This document shows, piece after piece, positions 31,510-42,051 of a stretch of 64,000 nucleotides of DNA. The DNA is from Trichormus sp. ATA11-4-KO1. GTDB taxonomy: Bacteria; Cyanobacteriota; Cyanobacteriia; Cyanobacteriales; Nostocaceae. The notes below the pieces were generated by a model. The model searched no databases. It was not told where the DNA came from and saw only the letters and a program-made list of their open reading frames with translations. Within the stretch, counting starts at the first letter, position 1. The number at the start of each line of letters is the position of its first letter. Location of the stretch: positions 20,809-84,808 of the forward strand of contig JAHHIM010000018.1 in NCBI GenBank assembly GCA_019358915.1, in the 5' to 3' direction. The translations under genes were made by a program, and so were the position numbers.

Positions 31510-31576
31510 GTGCTTTTCTAAGTGCTGAGTGCTGAGTGCTGAGTGCTGAGTAAGAAGAGTATGAAAATTGTTGCAC

Positions 31577-31786
31577 AAAAAAAAGACCCCCGGTAGCTAG
31601 CCAGCTAGCCGAGGGATTCTGCAAGTCGGTATTGTCGCACAAAGATATTCGCGAATTTCACCATACCAAGCCGGAAATCAGAAAAGGTGCCAAAATGCCA
31701 AAACAATCTGAAGTCCTATGGTAAATTCCCAGGCTAACTCTAGAGACTGAGTAAGAATTTCCCCACTCTCCACTCCTCCCAAAGTG
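31577..31786 (-). ncRNA. Probable sRNA, PsrR1/SyR1-like
   Basis: Minus strand GGTATGG...CAATACCGAC...CCCTCGGCTAG...CCGGGGGTC followed by U8. Motif order resembles PsrR1 as recalled. The 5' end is guessed from a TAGTTT -10-like box at 31793-31798. Confidence 0.5.
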
Positions 31787-31865
31787 AGAGTTAAACTAAG
31801 ATGCGCGGTATTGATATGAAAGCACGTTTAAGATCGATATAAGAAATATTTTTGTAGCTTAGGGC

Positions 31866-34800
31866 ATGAAACGCATCGTCTTGATTGCTGGATTTGAATC
31901 GTTCAACGCGGACTTATACAGAAAGGCAGCTTTTTTGGCTAACTCTCGCTGTCCCGATTTGGATATTCGGGTATTTAGCGATCGCGATATTAGCAGCAAA
32001 CGTACCGAGGTAGAAACAGCACTCAAAGACGCTGACGTGTTTTTTGGGAGCTTAATATTTGATTATGACCAGGTTTTGTGGTTGCGCGATCGCCTGGCCC
32101 AAATTCCCCTCCGCCTTGTATTTGAGTCAGCTTTGGAATTGATGAGTTTAACCAAGTTGGGTAACTTTGCTATTGGCGACAAACCCAAAGGAATGCCCAA
32201 ACCAGTTAAATTCATCCTCGATAAATTCAGCAACGGACGAGAAGAAGATAAACTTGCTGGTTACATTAGTTTCCTGAAAATCGGCCCCAAATTACTGAAA
32301 TTTGTGCCAGTGCAGAAAGTCCAAGACTTACGCAACTGGTTAATTATCTATGGTTATTGGAACGCTGGGGGGACAGAAAACGTTGCTGCTTTATTCTGGA
32401 CACTAGCAGAAAAATATTTAGATTTAAAAGTCGGCGATATTCCCCCACCCATCGAAACCCCCAACATGGGATTACTCCATCCCGACTATCAGGGTTTTTT
32501 TGCATCACCCCGTCAATATTGGGAATGGTATCAAGAGAGGACAAGGGGACAAGGGGATCAAATACTTCATCATCTCCCCAGTCCTCAGTCCCCAGTCATT
32601 GGGATATTACTGTATCGTAAACATGTCATCACCAAACAACCATACATACCTCAACTAATTCGCCGTTTTGAGGAAGCGGGTTTAATTCCCTTACCCATAT
32701 TTATCAACGGTGTAGAGGGACATGTCGCAGTAAGGGACTGGATGACTACTGAATATGAAACTCAGCAACGGCAACTAGGTAATACAGAAACTCCTTCACT
32801 GTCTCCAGAAGCTGTTAAAGTAGATGCGATCGTTTCCACCATTGGCTTTCCTTTGGTGGGGGGCCCAGCTGGTTCAATGGAAGCAGGCCGTCAGGTGGAA
32901 GTAGCTAAACGCATCCTCTCTGCTAAGAATGTCCCTTACATTGTGGCTGCACCATTGCTAATTCAAGACATTTACTCCTGGACACGCCAAGGTGTCGGCG
33001 GACTGCAAAGTGTAGTTTTATATGCTTTACCAGAATTAGATGGGGCGATTGATGCTATTCCCCTTGGTGGTTTGGTAGGTGAAAATATTTATTTAGTTCC
33101 CGAACGAGTACAGCGTTTAATTGGCAGGTTGCAAAGCTGGATTAAATTACGGCGAAAACCCGTAGCAGAACGCAAGATAGCCATTATTTTATATGGGTTC
33201 CCCCCTGGTTATGGTGCTGTAGGTACGGCTGCATTATTAAATGTTCCCCGTAGTCTCCTCAAATTACTCCACGCCCTCAAAGACCAAGGTTATAACGTTG
33301 GCGATATCCCAGAAGATGGGGAAGAATTAATTCGCCAGGTACAAGCAGCAGACGAAGAAATGGAAAGATGGGAAAAAAATAAGCCTTTTCCTGCCTCTGC
33401 TAATACTGTTAATGCCCGTAAATTAGAAAAATGGTTGGGATATCTGCGAACATCCCGCATCGAAAAACAATGGAAATCGCTTACAGGTACTGGAATTAAA
33501 ACCTATGGGGAGGAATTACATATTGGTGGTGTGCAGTTAGGAAATGTCTGGATTGGTGTACAACCACCTTTGGGTATACAAGGTGACCCGATGCGGTTAA
33601 TGTTTGAACGGGATTTAACGCCTCATCCCCAATATGCTGCTTTCTATAAATGGCTGCAAAATGAGTTGCAAGCTGATGCTGTGGTTCATTTTGGGATGCA
33701 TGGGACAGTGGAATGGTTACCGGGTTCTCCGTTAGGTAATACTGGTTATTCTTGGTCGGATATTTTATTAGGAGACTTGCCTAATTTATACATATATGCG
33801 GCGAATAATCCTTCTGAGTCGATTTTGGCGAAGCGTCGGGGTTATGGGGTGTTGATTTCTCACAATGTGCCGCCTTATGGTCGTGCTGGTTTGTATAAGG
33901 AGTTAATTTCTTTGCGGGATTTAATTTCGGAGTATCGCGAAGACCCGCAGAAGAATTATGCTCTGAAGGAGGTGATTTGTAAGAAGATTGTTGATACTGG
34001 TTTGGATGCTGATTGTCCATTCACTGAGGCTAAGCGTTTGGGTATTGCTTTTAGTCCTGAGAATGTGCGGATGTTTAGTGCCCATGCTTTTGATGATTAT
34101 TTGGTGAAGTTGTACGCATATTTGCAGGTGTTGGAGAATCGGTTGTTTTCTTCTGGGTTGCATGTTTTGGGGGAAGCGCCGAATGAGGAGGAGTTGGCGG
34201 GGTATTTGGAGGCTTATTTTGGGGACAAACCACAGAGGCGCGGAGAACACGGAGAGGAGGAAAGGCTAGTTACTGATTTGTTGATGCAATCGACGGATGA
34301 GTTAAGGAATTTGTTACGGGGTTTGAATGGGGAATATATTCCGCCTGCGCCTGGGGGTGATTTGTTGCGGGATGGTGCTGGTGTTTTGCCTACGGGGAGG
34401 AATATTCATGCTTTAGATCCTTACAGGATGCCTTCTCCGGCGGCTTATGAACGAGGGCGGGAGATTGGGGAGAAGATTATTGCCCAGCATTTACAGGAAC
34501 ATGGAAGTTATCCGGAAACTGTGGCGGTGATGTTATGGGGTTTGGATGCGATTAAAACTAAGGGTGAGTCTTTGGGGATTCTGTTGGAGTTGGTGGGGGC
34601 TGTACCTGTGAAGGAGGGTACTGGGCGGATTGTGCGTTATGAGTTAAAGCCTTTGGCGGAAGTAGGACATCCCCGTATTGATATTTTGGGTAATTTGTCG
34701 GGGATTTTCCGGGATAGTTTTGTGAATATTATTGAGTTGTTGGATGATTTGTTTCAACGGGCGGCTACTGCTGATGAACCGGAGGAACAAAATTTTATTA

Positions 34801-35564
34801 AAAAACATGCTTTAGCTTTGCAGGCGCAAGGTGTGGAAAATGCTTCTGCAAGATTATTTTCTAACCCGGCTGGTGATTTTGGTTCTTTGGTGAATGATCA
34901 AGTAGTTGATGGTAATTGGGAATCTGGGGAGGAGTTGGGTAATACTTGGCAAGGTCGTAATGTGTTTAGCTATGGAAGACAAGATAAGGGTCAAGCTAGA
35001 CCAGAAGTTTTAAATACTTTGTTAAAAACAAGCGATCGCATTGTCCAAGAAATCGATTCTGTAGAATATGGTTTAACTGATATTCAGGAATATTACGCCA
35101 ATACTGGCGGGTTGAAAAAGGCGGCAGAAAAGCAACGCGGTAAGAAGGTTACTACTAGTTTTGTGGAAAGTTTCTCGAAGGACACCACACCCCGCAATTT
35201 AGAAGATTTGTTACGCATGGAGTACCGCAGCAAATTAGTCAATCCTAAATGGGCGCAAGCAATGGCTAATCAAGGTTCTGGTGGTGCGTTTGAAATTTCC
35301 CAACGGATGACGGCGTTAATTGGTTGGGGTGGTACGGCTGATTTTCAAGATGATTGGGTATATGACCAAGCCGCAGATACTTATGCTTTAGATCCAGAAA
35401 TGGCGGAAAAGTTACGTCAAGCCAATCCTGAAGCTTTCCGTAATATTGTCAGCAGAATGTTAGAAGCACATGGCCGGGGTTTATGGCAAGCTGATGCAGA
35501 AAGGTTGGATAAGTTACGTCAGTTATATGAGTTGACTGATGAGGAATTGGAAGGTGTTTTGTAG
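31866..35564 (+). CDS. bchH: Magnesium chelatase H subunit family protein (BchH/ChlH/CobN-type paralogue)
   Basis: GFPLVGGPAG, HFGMHGTVEWLPG, YAANNPSES..AKRRG, LPTGRNIHALDP, YGLTDIQEYYANTG. Confidence 0.85.
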   Translation: MKRIVLIAGFESFNADLYRKAAFLANSRCPDLDIRVFSDRDISSKRTEVETALKDADVFFGSLIFDYDQVLWLRDRLAQIPLRLVFESALELMSLTKLGNFAIGDKPKGMPKPVKFILDKFSNGREEDKLAGYISFLKIGPKLLKFVPVQKVQDLRNWLIIYGYWNAGGTENVAALFWTLAEKYLDLKVGDIPPPIETPNMGLLHPDYQGFFASPRQYWEWYQERTRGQGDQILHHLPSPQSPVIGILLYRKHVITKQPYIPQLIRRFEEAGLIPLPIFINGVEGHVAVRDWMTTEYETQQRQLGNTETPSLSPEAVKVDAIVSTIGFPLVGGPAGSMEAGRQVEVAKRILSAKNVPYIVAAPLLIQDIYSWTRQGVGGLQSVVLYALPELDGAIDAIPLGGLVGENIYLVPERVQRLIGRLQSWIKLRRKPVAERKIAIILYGFPPGYGAVGTAALLNVPRSLLKLLHALKDQGYNVGDIPEDGEELIRQVQAADEEMERWEKNKPFPASANTVNARKLEKWLGYLRTSRIEKQWKSLTGTGIKTYGEELHIGGVQLGNVWIGVQPPLGIQGDPMRLMFERDLTPHPQYAAFYKWLQNELQADAVVHFGMHGTVEWLPGSPLGNTGYSWSDILLGDLPNLYIYAANNPSESILAKRRGYGVLISHNVPPYGRAGLYKELISLRDLISEYREDPQKNYALKEVICKKIVDTGLDADCPFTEAKRLGIAFSPENVRMFSAHAFDDYLVKLYAYLQVLENRLFSSGLHVLGEAPNEEELAGYLEAYFGDKPQRRGEHGEEERLVTDLLMQSTDELRNLLRGLNGEYIPPAPGGDLLRDGAGVLPTGRNIHALDPYRMPSPAAYERGREIGEKIIAQHLQEHGSYPETVAVMLWGLDAIKTKGESLGILLELVGAVPVKEGTGRIVRYELKPLAEVGHPRIDILGNLSGIFRDSFVNIIELLDDLFQRAATADEPEEQNFIKKHALALQAQGVENASARLFSNPAGDFGSLVNDQVVDGNWESGEELGNTWQGRNVFSYGRQDKGQARPEVLNTLLKTSDRIVQEIDSVEYGLTDIQEYYANTGGLKKAAEKQRGKKVTTSFVESFSKDTTPRNLEDLLRMEYRSKLVNPKWAQAMANQGSGGAFEISQRMTALIGWGGTADFQDDWVYDQAADTYALDPEMAEKLRQANPEAFRNIVSRMLEAHGRGLWQADAERLDKLRQLYELTDEELEGVL

Positions 35565-35751
35565 CTTGAATCAAACGCAAGAGGTTCAGATCCCCTACTT
35601 TTACAAGAAGTAGGAGGTCTTTGTTTTTTCTGCTGTTTTATCTAAATTTTATTTTCTGGAAAATTGCCTGTAAGATAACTTTTACTGCACCTCAACCACA
35701 AAAACGGTGCAGCACATTTAAAGTCTAACGCTGAAAAGGATGTGCTAAGTT

Positions 35752-36804
35752 ATGTCCTCTCTATTTCAAAATGTGCAAAGTTGTGATGTTCGTCAGTTGG
35801 GTATTAACCCAAATCACTGGTATGTGGTTGCACGTAGTAGTGAAGTGACAAATAAGCCTATAAGTGTAGTAATTTGGCAGCAAGCGATCGCACTCTATCG
35901 AGACAGTACAGGTAAAATTCACGCCTTGGAAGACCGTTGTCCCCACCGCCAAGTTAAACTTAGTCACGGGCAGGTCATGGGTAACGAATTAGAATGTGCA
36001 TATCACGGTTGGCGTTTCAATTCATTGGGTGAATGTGCGGCGGTTCCTTATTTAGCAGCAAATCAGAAACTACCAAATTGTCAAATCCGCCATTACCCAG
36101 TAAAAGAACAAGATGGTTTTATTTGGTTATTTCCGGGAAATGAAGCATTATCTGTAGAACCCCTAGGTTTACCGGAGTGGGAACATCTCAATTATATTGC
36201 CACAGTTTCAGTGATTAATTGTCATGCCCATTATTCTTATTTAATTGAAAACTTGATGGATATGTATCATGGACATTTACATCAAGATTTGCAAGCTTGG
36301 GCAGAAGCGTCTTTACAAGATATTGATGAAGATGCTAATCGTGTAGATGCTCATTACATAGCACAAAGTTATTATAAAATAGATAAAATTTGGTCTATAT
36401 CCCAGTTATTTTTTCCGTCTTTACGGCGATTACATCCTGAACCATTAGATGTGAGTTATGTTTATCCGCATTGGGTTTCTACATTGGGAAAAGATTTTAA
36501 AATTTACTGTTTATTATGTCCAGTAAGTGAAACGCAAACAAAGGCTTATTTAATTCATTTCACATCATTAAATGCTTTTTGGCGATTGCATAAATTACCT
36601 ATATGGTTTCGGAAATTTGTCAAAGATAGTTTATTTGGTGCAGCAAAAAAGTTACTTGATGCTTTGGTGGTGCAAGATGTAAAAATGATTGAGGAGGAAC
36701 AGCAGGCGTATTTGCAGAATCCCCAAAGGCGGAATTATGAGTTAAATCGGGCTTTAGTGAGTGTGCAAAGGTTAATGAGGAATCAGGTGGAGAAGTTAGG
36801 GTGA
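35752..36804 (+). CDS. Rieske non-heme iron oxygenase alpha subunit
   Basis: CPHR...CAYHGW Rieske motif and ENLMDMYHGHLH iron site. Confidence 0.93.
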   Translation: MSSLFQNVQSCDVRQLGINPNHWYVVARSSEVTNKPISVVIWQQAIALYRDSTGKIHALEDRCPHRQVKLSHGQVMGNELECAYHGWRFNSLGECAAVPYLAANQKLPNCQIRHYPVKEQDGFIWLFPGNEALSVEPLGLPEWEHLNYIATVSVINCHAHYSYLIENLMDMYHGHLHQDLQAWAEASLQDIDEDANRVDAHYIAQSYYKIDKIWSISQLFFPSLRRLHPEPLDVSYVYPHWVSTLGKDFKIYCLLCPVSETQTKAYLIHFTSLNAFWRLHKLPIWFRKFVKDSLFGAAKKLLDALVVQDVKMIEEEQQAYLQNPQRRNYELNRALVSVQRLMRNQVEKLG

Positions 36805-36809
36805 TGAAC

Positions 36810-37054
36810 CTATCCCACTAATACAATTAAGTTCGGTAACTTCAAAACTTCAGGCTTGATTTAATCAGCTATTTTGGCATTAACTTAATTTTGGGGTAAA
36901 CCAAGATAGACAGGCGCTGGAGAAGCATTAGTAATTGCAGATGCAATGGCATTTTGGGTGCTGTTAAAGTGAGAATTATTACCTTTCATGACTATGACTA
37001 CTCCCAAGCTTAATAAAACAATCAGAACGAATTTAAAATATGAGAAGGTTTCAT
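36810..37054 (-). pseudogene. Decayed remnant of a secreted-protein gene
   Basis: ATG 9 nt after the porin stop. One frameshift gives MKPSHIFKFVLIVLLSLGVVIVMKG (signal-like), followed by in-frame stops. Confidence 0.4.
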
Positions 37055-37063
37055 AGGCCGTAC

Positions 37064-38590
37064 TTAGAAAAACAAGGTAGTTCTGACGGTTCCTATATAA
37101 ATCGTGTCGTTATTATATTTATGTTCTGGATTGGTAATTACTAATAAGCCAGGAGTAATAGCAATATTTTCGTTCACAGGAAAGCGATAAAATACTTCCA
37201 AATGCCAAGAATTAGCTTCATCTGTCAACTTTCTACCCAGTTCATTGCTAATGACTTTCGGCGGTTGACCAAGAATAATTCCCGCCAAATCACCTTCTTG
37301 ACTGATATCCGGAAAGGCTAGGGTAACAGCATAGTTAAAAATATCTGCTGTGGGTTTTCCTGATAAATCTTCAGCTGTGGCTTGTGTCAAACCAACCCAA
37401 CCGCCAAGATAAAAATGACGATTTAATCGCCAACTTCCTTGGACTCCGTAAGAATTAGCAGTGATGCGATCGCTATCATTATCAAAGGGGTCGTTGGCTA
37501 ATTCACTTCCAGTTGCTGTATTGATATTGTTGTACGAGCGCACATAAGTTAAACCTATTTCTGCATTTTCTATCGGTTCCAGGGTCAACTGTGCAATTGC
37601 ACCGTAAGGACTTGCGCCAATTCCCACTTCCGGATCATTAGCACGGTCAGAAATATAACCTACACTTAAATTGACAACATCACTCAATTCGTAGTCTATC
37701 CCTACTCCCGTACCAAAGCCTTGCCGATAGATGGGATTACGTCGCCCAAAACGAGAGATAGCACCACTACCACTATTGATAAAAAAGGGATTGAGCGGAT
37801 CAGCAAAATCATTGAGTTCTCCAGCCGTCGCCTGAATAAAACCTATTGCTTGTTTGCCAATGGGGAAACGATACTCTAAACGGCTGATATCTATGTCATT
37901 ATTACTATCTCCATCAAACCCCAAGCGAGTCATTGCAGTACCTGTAACCCTGTCGATTGCAGGGGTATTTCTGGCTTGCAACCGAACTCGCAGACGGTCT
38001 TGACCTGTAAAACTTGTATCAAAGGTCATACGTACTCGGTTACCGAGAAAGATATTATTGTTGATGGGTTCATCTCTATCATCAGCTTTGTTTGTACCAA
38101 CGAATCCGGCGATCGCAATGATCACTTCCCCACTAAAGTTAGTAGATGCGGAAAACTGCTGTGCTTGTAATTGAGTTGTCTGCTCTTCCAAATTATCAAC
38201 TCGTGCCTGTAAGCTATTTAACTCAAAAGCAAATTCTGTTTGTAACCGCCGCAGGGTAGATAGATCACCTTGATTTACCAAATGATTCCTACTTGCGGCT
38301 ATAAGTTGATTTATACTCGTCAAACAAAGGTTTAAACTTATTGCAAATTCTGAACGAGTGATAAATCGCTGACCTCCATAGTGACTAAAATCAGCTTTGC
38401 AATCATAGCGTTTTACCAAAGATTGCAAAGCTGTAAATTCCCAGTCCGTAGATTTGATATCTGCTAACTGAGAAAAGCTAGTCATCTGGGTTAAGGAAGA
38501 GTTTTGTTGTTCTGTGACAGCAAAAGCTTTTTCTGTAAGCACCAGAATGACTGCTAAAATTACTGAACCTAGCCGGAAAACTGAGGACAT
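37064..38590 (-). CDS. SLH-domain OprB-family porin (cyanobacterial iron/carbohydrate porin type)
   Basis: DIKSTDWEFTALQSLVKRY SLH-like segment, QFSASTNFSGEVI, FDTSFTGQDRLRVRL, ISRFGRRNPIY, terminal VRTTLFF. Confidence 0.92.
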   Translation of the reverse strand: MSSVFRLGSVILAVILVLTEKAFAVTEQQNSSLTQMTSFSQLADIKSTDWEFTALQSLVKRYDCKADFSHYGGQRFITRSEFAISLNLCLTSINQLIAASRNHLVNQGDLSTLRRLQTEFAFELNSLQARVDNLEEQTTQLQAQQFSASTNFSGEVIIAIAGFVGTNKADDRDEPINNNIFLGNRVRMTFDTSFTGQDRLRVRLQARNTPAIDRVTGTAMTRLGFDGDSNNDIDISRLEYRFPIGKQAIGFIQATAGELNDFADPLNPFFINSGSGAISRFGRRNPIYRQGFGTGVGIDYELSDVVNLSVGYISDRANDPEVGIGASPYGAIAQLTLEPIENAEIGLTYVRSYNNINTATGSELANDPFDNDSDRITANSYGVQGSWRLNRHFYLGGWVGLTQATAEDLSGKPTADIFNYAVTLAFPDISQEGDLAGIILGQPPKVISNELGRKLTDEANSWHLEVFYRFPVNENIAITPGLLVITNPEHKYNNDTIYIGTVRTTLFF

Positions 38591-39159
38591 TACAAATTCA
38601 CGCACTGACCTTCTTTCTGCTTGGCGATATTATTACCACCAGTAGGGGGCGGATTGTTGTCCTGACACTGTAAATTGTTGCCTATCTCGTTAGAGGAAAT
38701 GGTCAGGCCGCCATCTCTATTCTTATTGGCTTGGATGCTACCACTGATGTCGTTACTGCCTATGGTAACTGAGCCAATGTTTTCTTCTAGCTGTACATCA
38801 CCTGTAATGGTAGCTCCATTAATAGCAATATCTAACCCCTTCCGCAGTGAAACATTATTGCCGATTTGCGTGCCAGAGTTAATATCAATATTGTTAGCAC
38901 TTTCGCCTTGAATCCCGCCGATAATACTGGCTTGATTAACTGTCAAGTTAGCACGAGACTTAACGGTGATATTTCCCTGAACATTAGTACCGTTAAGTGT
39001 GCAAGAGGCATCATCTGGCACTATGACATTGCCTGAAAGAGTTACATCACCAAATGTTCCCCGACATTCTGTGTCTTCGGCAAGAGCAACAGGTGCGCCA
39101 ATCACTATTGATGACAAAGATAGAACTGCGGCAAATTGTGAAATTACAATTTTCTTCAT
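38590..39159 (-). CDS. Secreted beta-solenoid-like hypothetical protein
   Basis: Signal peptide ending PVALA, repeated (I/V)xG(N/D)(V/I) motifs, paired Cys at both termini. Stop overlaps the porin ATG (TAATG). Confidence 0.8.
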   Translation of the reverse strand: MKKIVISQFAAVLSLSSIVIGAPVALAEDTECRGTFGDVTLSGNVIVPDDASCTLNGTNVQGNITVKSRANLTVNQASIIGGIQGESANNIDINSGTQIGNNVSLRKGLDIAINGATITGDVQLEENIGSVTIGSNDISGSIQANKNRDGGLTISSNEIGNNLQCQDNNPPPTGGNNIAKQKEGQCVNL

Positions 39160-39203
39160 GGTTTTCTCCTTTGTGTATACGGTTCATTTGTCTGGTTAAT
39201 TGG

Positions 39204-40922
39204 TTACACAGACAAAACTTGTTCTGGGCTGTCTTGAAACAGTCGTGCGGTGAGGCTATCACTGTTGAGCAGCAAGTCTGGAGAGCCTGTTTCAATCAAC
39301 CGTCCATTCTCTAAATACCAAATCACATCGGCGGCGACGAGACGTTCTTGGCGGTGAGTAATGATTAATACCGTGCCTTTGTGTTCTGCTAGTACCCGGT
39401 CAACAACGGCGGTAGCTTGAGCATCTAAGTTAGCATCTACCTCATCCAGTAGTAATAGTGGTGGATTGCCTAAAATTGCCCGTGCTAATGCGATGCGTTG
39501 GCGTTGTCCAGCTGAGAGACTTTTACCACCCTCAGAAACTTTGGTTTCCTCACCTTTGGATAGTTCTGCCAGTACTTGCTCAATACCGCACAGTTGCCAA
39601 ACTCTGGTAATTTCTTCGATGGGGGCATCTCGCCAGCGATAGCGGAGATTTTTAGCAACAGTTCCTCGCAATAGGGGTAAATCTGGGCTAGCCATACCAA
39701 TTGCTCGGCGAATCGATTCTAGGCTGTGTTGGGTTAAATCTTGTCCATCCAGGCGAATTAGACCTTCATCGGGGTCAATTAGACGTGCGGCGAGAGAAAT
39801 TAAGGTGGATTTGCCAGCACCATTCGGCCCCACTAAGGCCACGATTTGACCTGGTTCGGCGATCGCACTGACTTTGTGCAATGAACCCTCTAAGCTGACA
39901 CAATCAAATTCCAAACGTCCTGGCCCTAATTTGATTTCCGGAGCATTTGCCTTTTGTGTAACTAAAGCAGGAGTTGCGAGGAATTGTTTCACTTTTTGCA
40001 GTGCTACCCGCGAGTTGTGCCAGTATTCCTGTACTCGACCCAAGTCTCGCAGTGGCGGAACTAAAAGCCCGACAATCGTCATGGCTGCTACAACTACACC
40101 GGGAGAAGTGCGCCCAGCAGCTACTTCCACCGCCCCCATGAGCAAAGCTGCACCAGAAGCGATCGCGGCAGTTCCTTCTGTAATTCCCCGCAACTGACCG
40201 GCTACCATTGCCCGATCTATCATTGCTTTTTCCAAACGCCGACTCTGGCGAGCAATGCGTTTTTTCTCTTGTTGCGACTGTCCAAAAACTTGCACTACAG
40301 CAATGGCAGCAACTTTTTCGTTAATATTTGCCGCGAGGTTACTCAATCGCCGTCTCGACTCTTGAGCAACTGACCGCATCCGCTTACCCAGCATGAAGGA
40401 ACTTAAACCACCAATTGCTAAAACTAAGCCAACAGTTAAAGCCAAAGGAGTACTAACAAGCGACAAAGCTGCTAAAGAAGCCACAGTTGTAGTTATAGCT
40501 ACAGTCAACCGCGCCAAACCTAAACTTACCCACTGACGCAGAGCAGTCAAATCACCTATGAAGCGCAGCATGACTCCTCCCTGACTGCGATTTTGCAGAG
40601 CGCGAGGCGCAAGACTCATTAAACGCTCGTATAAAATCATCCGAATTTCGTAGGCGTAATCTTGACCGATCCGTTCAGCATCGGCTCGTTCTAGTACCCG
40701 CAGTAAGGCTGTGACAATCGCTGCTGCTGCCAAACCCAAACCAATCTGCCACAGCAGCTGGTTATTAAAACCAGGATTGGCAATTGTAATTAACTCATCA
40801 AATGCTAGCTCTACTAGCAAAGCATTGGCGACAGTCGCAGCAGCTTGACAAAAGCCGTTAATTATTAAGCGGGTAAGAAACCAACGACGGTTCCCACTAA
40901 TTGCATGAGGAATCTGCATCAT
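39204..40922 (-). CDS. ABC exporter, fused permease and ATPase
   Basis: N-terminal TM domain, GPNGAGKS, LSAGQRQR, LLLDE, ITHR. Confidence 0.95.
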   Translation of the reverse strand: MMQIPHAISGNRRWFLTRLIINGFCQAAATVANALLVELAFDELITIANPGFNNQLLWQIGLGLAAAAIVTALLRVLERADAERIGQDYAYEIRMILYERLMSLAPRALQNRSQGGVMLRFIGDLTALRQWVSLGLARLTVAITTTVASLAALSLVSTPLALTVGLVLAIGGLSSFMLGKRMRSVAQESRRRLSNLAANINEKVAAIAVVQVFGQSQQEKKRIARQSRRLEKAMIDRAMVAGQLRGITEGTAAIASGAALLMGAVEVAAGRTSPGVVVAAMTIVGLLVPPLRDLGRVQEYWHNSRVALQKVKQFLATPALVTQKANAPEIKLGPGRLEFDCVSLEGSLHKVSAIAEPGQIVALVGPNGAGKSTLISLAARLIDPDEGLIRLDGQDLTQHSLESIRRAIGMASPDLPLLRGTVAKNLRYRWRDAPIEEITRVWQLCGIEQVLAELSKGEETKVSEGGKSLSAGQRQRIALARAILGNPPLLLLDEVDANLDAQATAVVDRVLAEHKGTVLIITHRQERLVAADVIWYLENGRLIETGSPDLLLNSDSLTARLFQDSPEQVLSV

Positions 40923-40935
40923 AACTCGGCGCCAA

Positions 40936-42051
40936 TTAGGTGGTACTCAAGGGCTGAGTCAGGATGAAATCGGAAAGAGTGCGAGGGTAGGAAATCACTG
41001 TTTTTGCTACTGTTGCAGTTGGCAATAAATCAGTGGCTTTTTCGCGCAGCATCTGGATATCGAAAATCGGTAAATTTATGGCTTTTGCGGCTTCACGAGC
41101 AGCTAAAGGAGATGCGGTTACTAAACCACTAACTGCCAGGACGGGTAGATTATGTCGCTGTAACCATTCCGCACCGGCGGCGGCTCCTAATGCACTGTCA
41201 GTAGCGAAAAGTACACCATCAACTGTTTCACGGAAAGCAACAGAGGAAACTAACGCCGATGTTTCTTCTTGGTACAATCCATCTGCTATCTCTAGCACAA
41301 TCACATCTACACCCTCTGCTGCTAAATGATTAGTCAGAGTATGTAGAATTTCTTGGACTTGTTTGGGGGTAGCTCGATAAGTGGAAGGAAAACCAACACA
41401 GGTGAAATCTAAAACTAAGCTAGCTCCAGCATCACGCATCAACCAAATGTCGCCACCTGCGCCAGTACCAGTAATCTTGGCGGCTCCCACTTTCATCCCT
41501 GCATTGACCAAGCCTTTAATTAAGTTGGCGACTGTAGTAGTTTTACCGGAGTTCATGGATGTACCAACAACAGCAATTGTGCAAGGACGTTGGCCGATAT
41601 AACTAGTTGGTGGTAAAGCCCAATCTGCAATATTAATGCGCTTTCCTTGTTGATCACCCAGTAAGCCAATAGGAGTAATGGCTGTGGGCATTTTCATTTT
41701 GGTGTGCTGGGACAAGACTTGCGCGGCTATGCCACCTGCTGCTGCCAGATTACATGGTGACAAATCTGTGGGCATCTCTGCTTCAAATTGATCCGGGGCG
41801 TAACGATTACCGTAGCAAACTACTATTTCGTCATTAGAAAACATGATGGCTTTGCGACCATTGCCGAGTTCTAGACGTTCGTGCTGACCTGTTTGGTCTA
41901 CTCTTGCCAAGACTAAATCACCAGATTCAGGTTGTATATCTCCGGTGATTAGTGTGGCGATCGCATTCACATCTACATGACGTGTAGTAAATGCCATTTT
42001 TGCTTGAGCAAGTCTATCAGGTTCTAATGACAAAATATTCATCTTATTCAC
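40936..42051 (-). CDS. DUF1611-family P-loop NTPase
   Basis: YGNRYAPDQFE N-terminal domain, GTSMNSGKTT P-loop, AAKITGTGAGGD, LEIADGLYQEET. Confidence 0.8.
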   Translation of the reverse strand: MNKMNILSLEPDRLAQAKMAFTTRHVDVNAIATLITGDIQPESGDLVLARVDQTGQHERLELGNGRKAIMFSNDEIVVCYGNRYAPDQFEAEMPTDLSPCNLAAAGGIAAQVLSQHTKMKMPTAITPIGLLGDQQGKRINIADWALPPTSYIGQRPCTIAVVGTSMNSGKTTTVANLIKGLVNAGMKVGAAKITGTGAGGDIWLMRDAGASLVLDFTCVGFPSTYRATPKQVQEILHTLTNHLAAEGVDVIVLEIADGLYQEETSALVSSVAFRETVDGVLFATDSALGAAAGAEWLQRHNLPVLAVSGLVTASPLAAREAAKAINLPIFDIQMLREKATDLLPTATVAKTVISYPRTLSDFILTQPLSTT

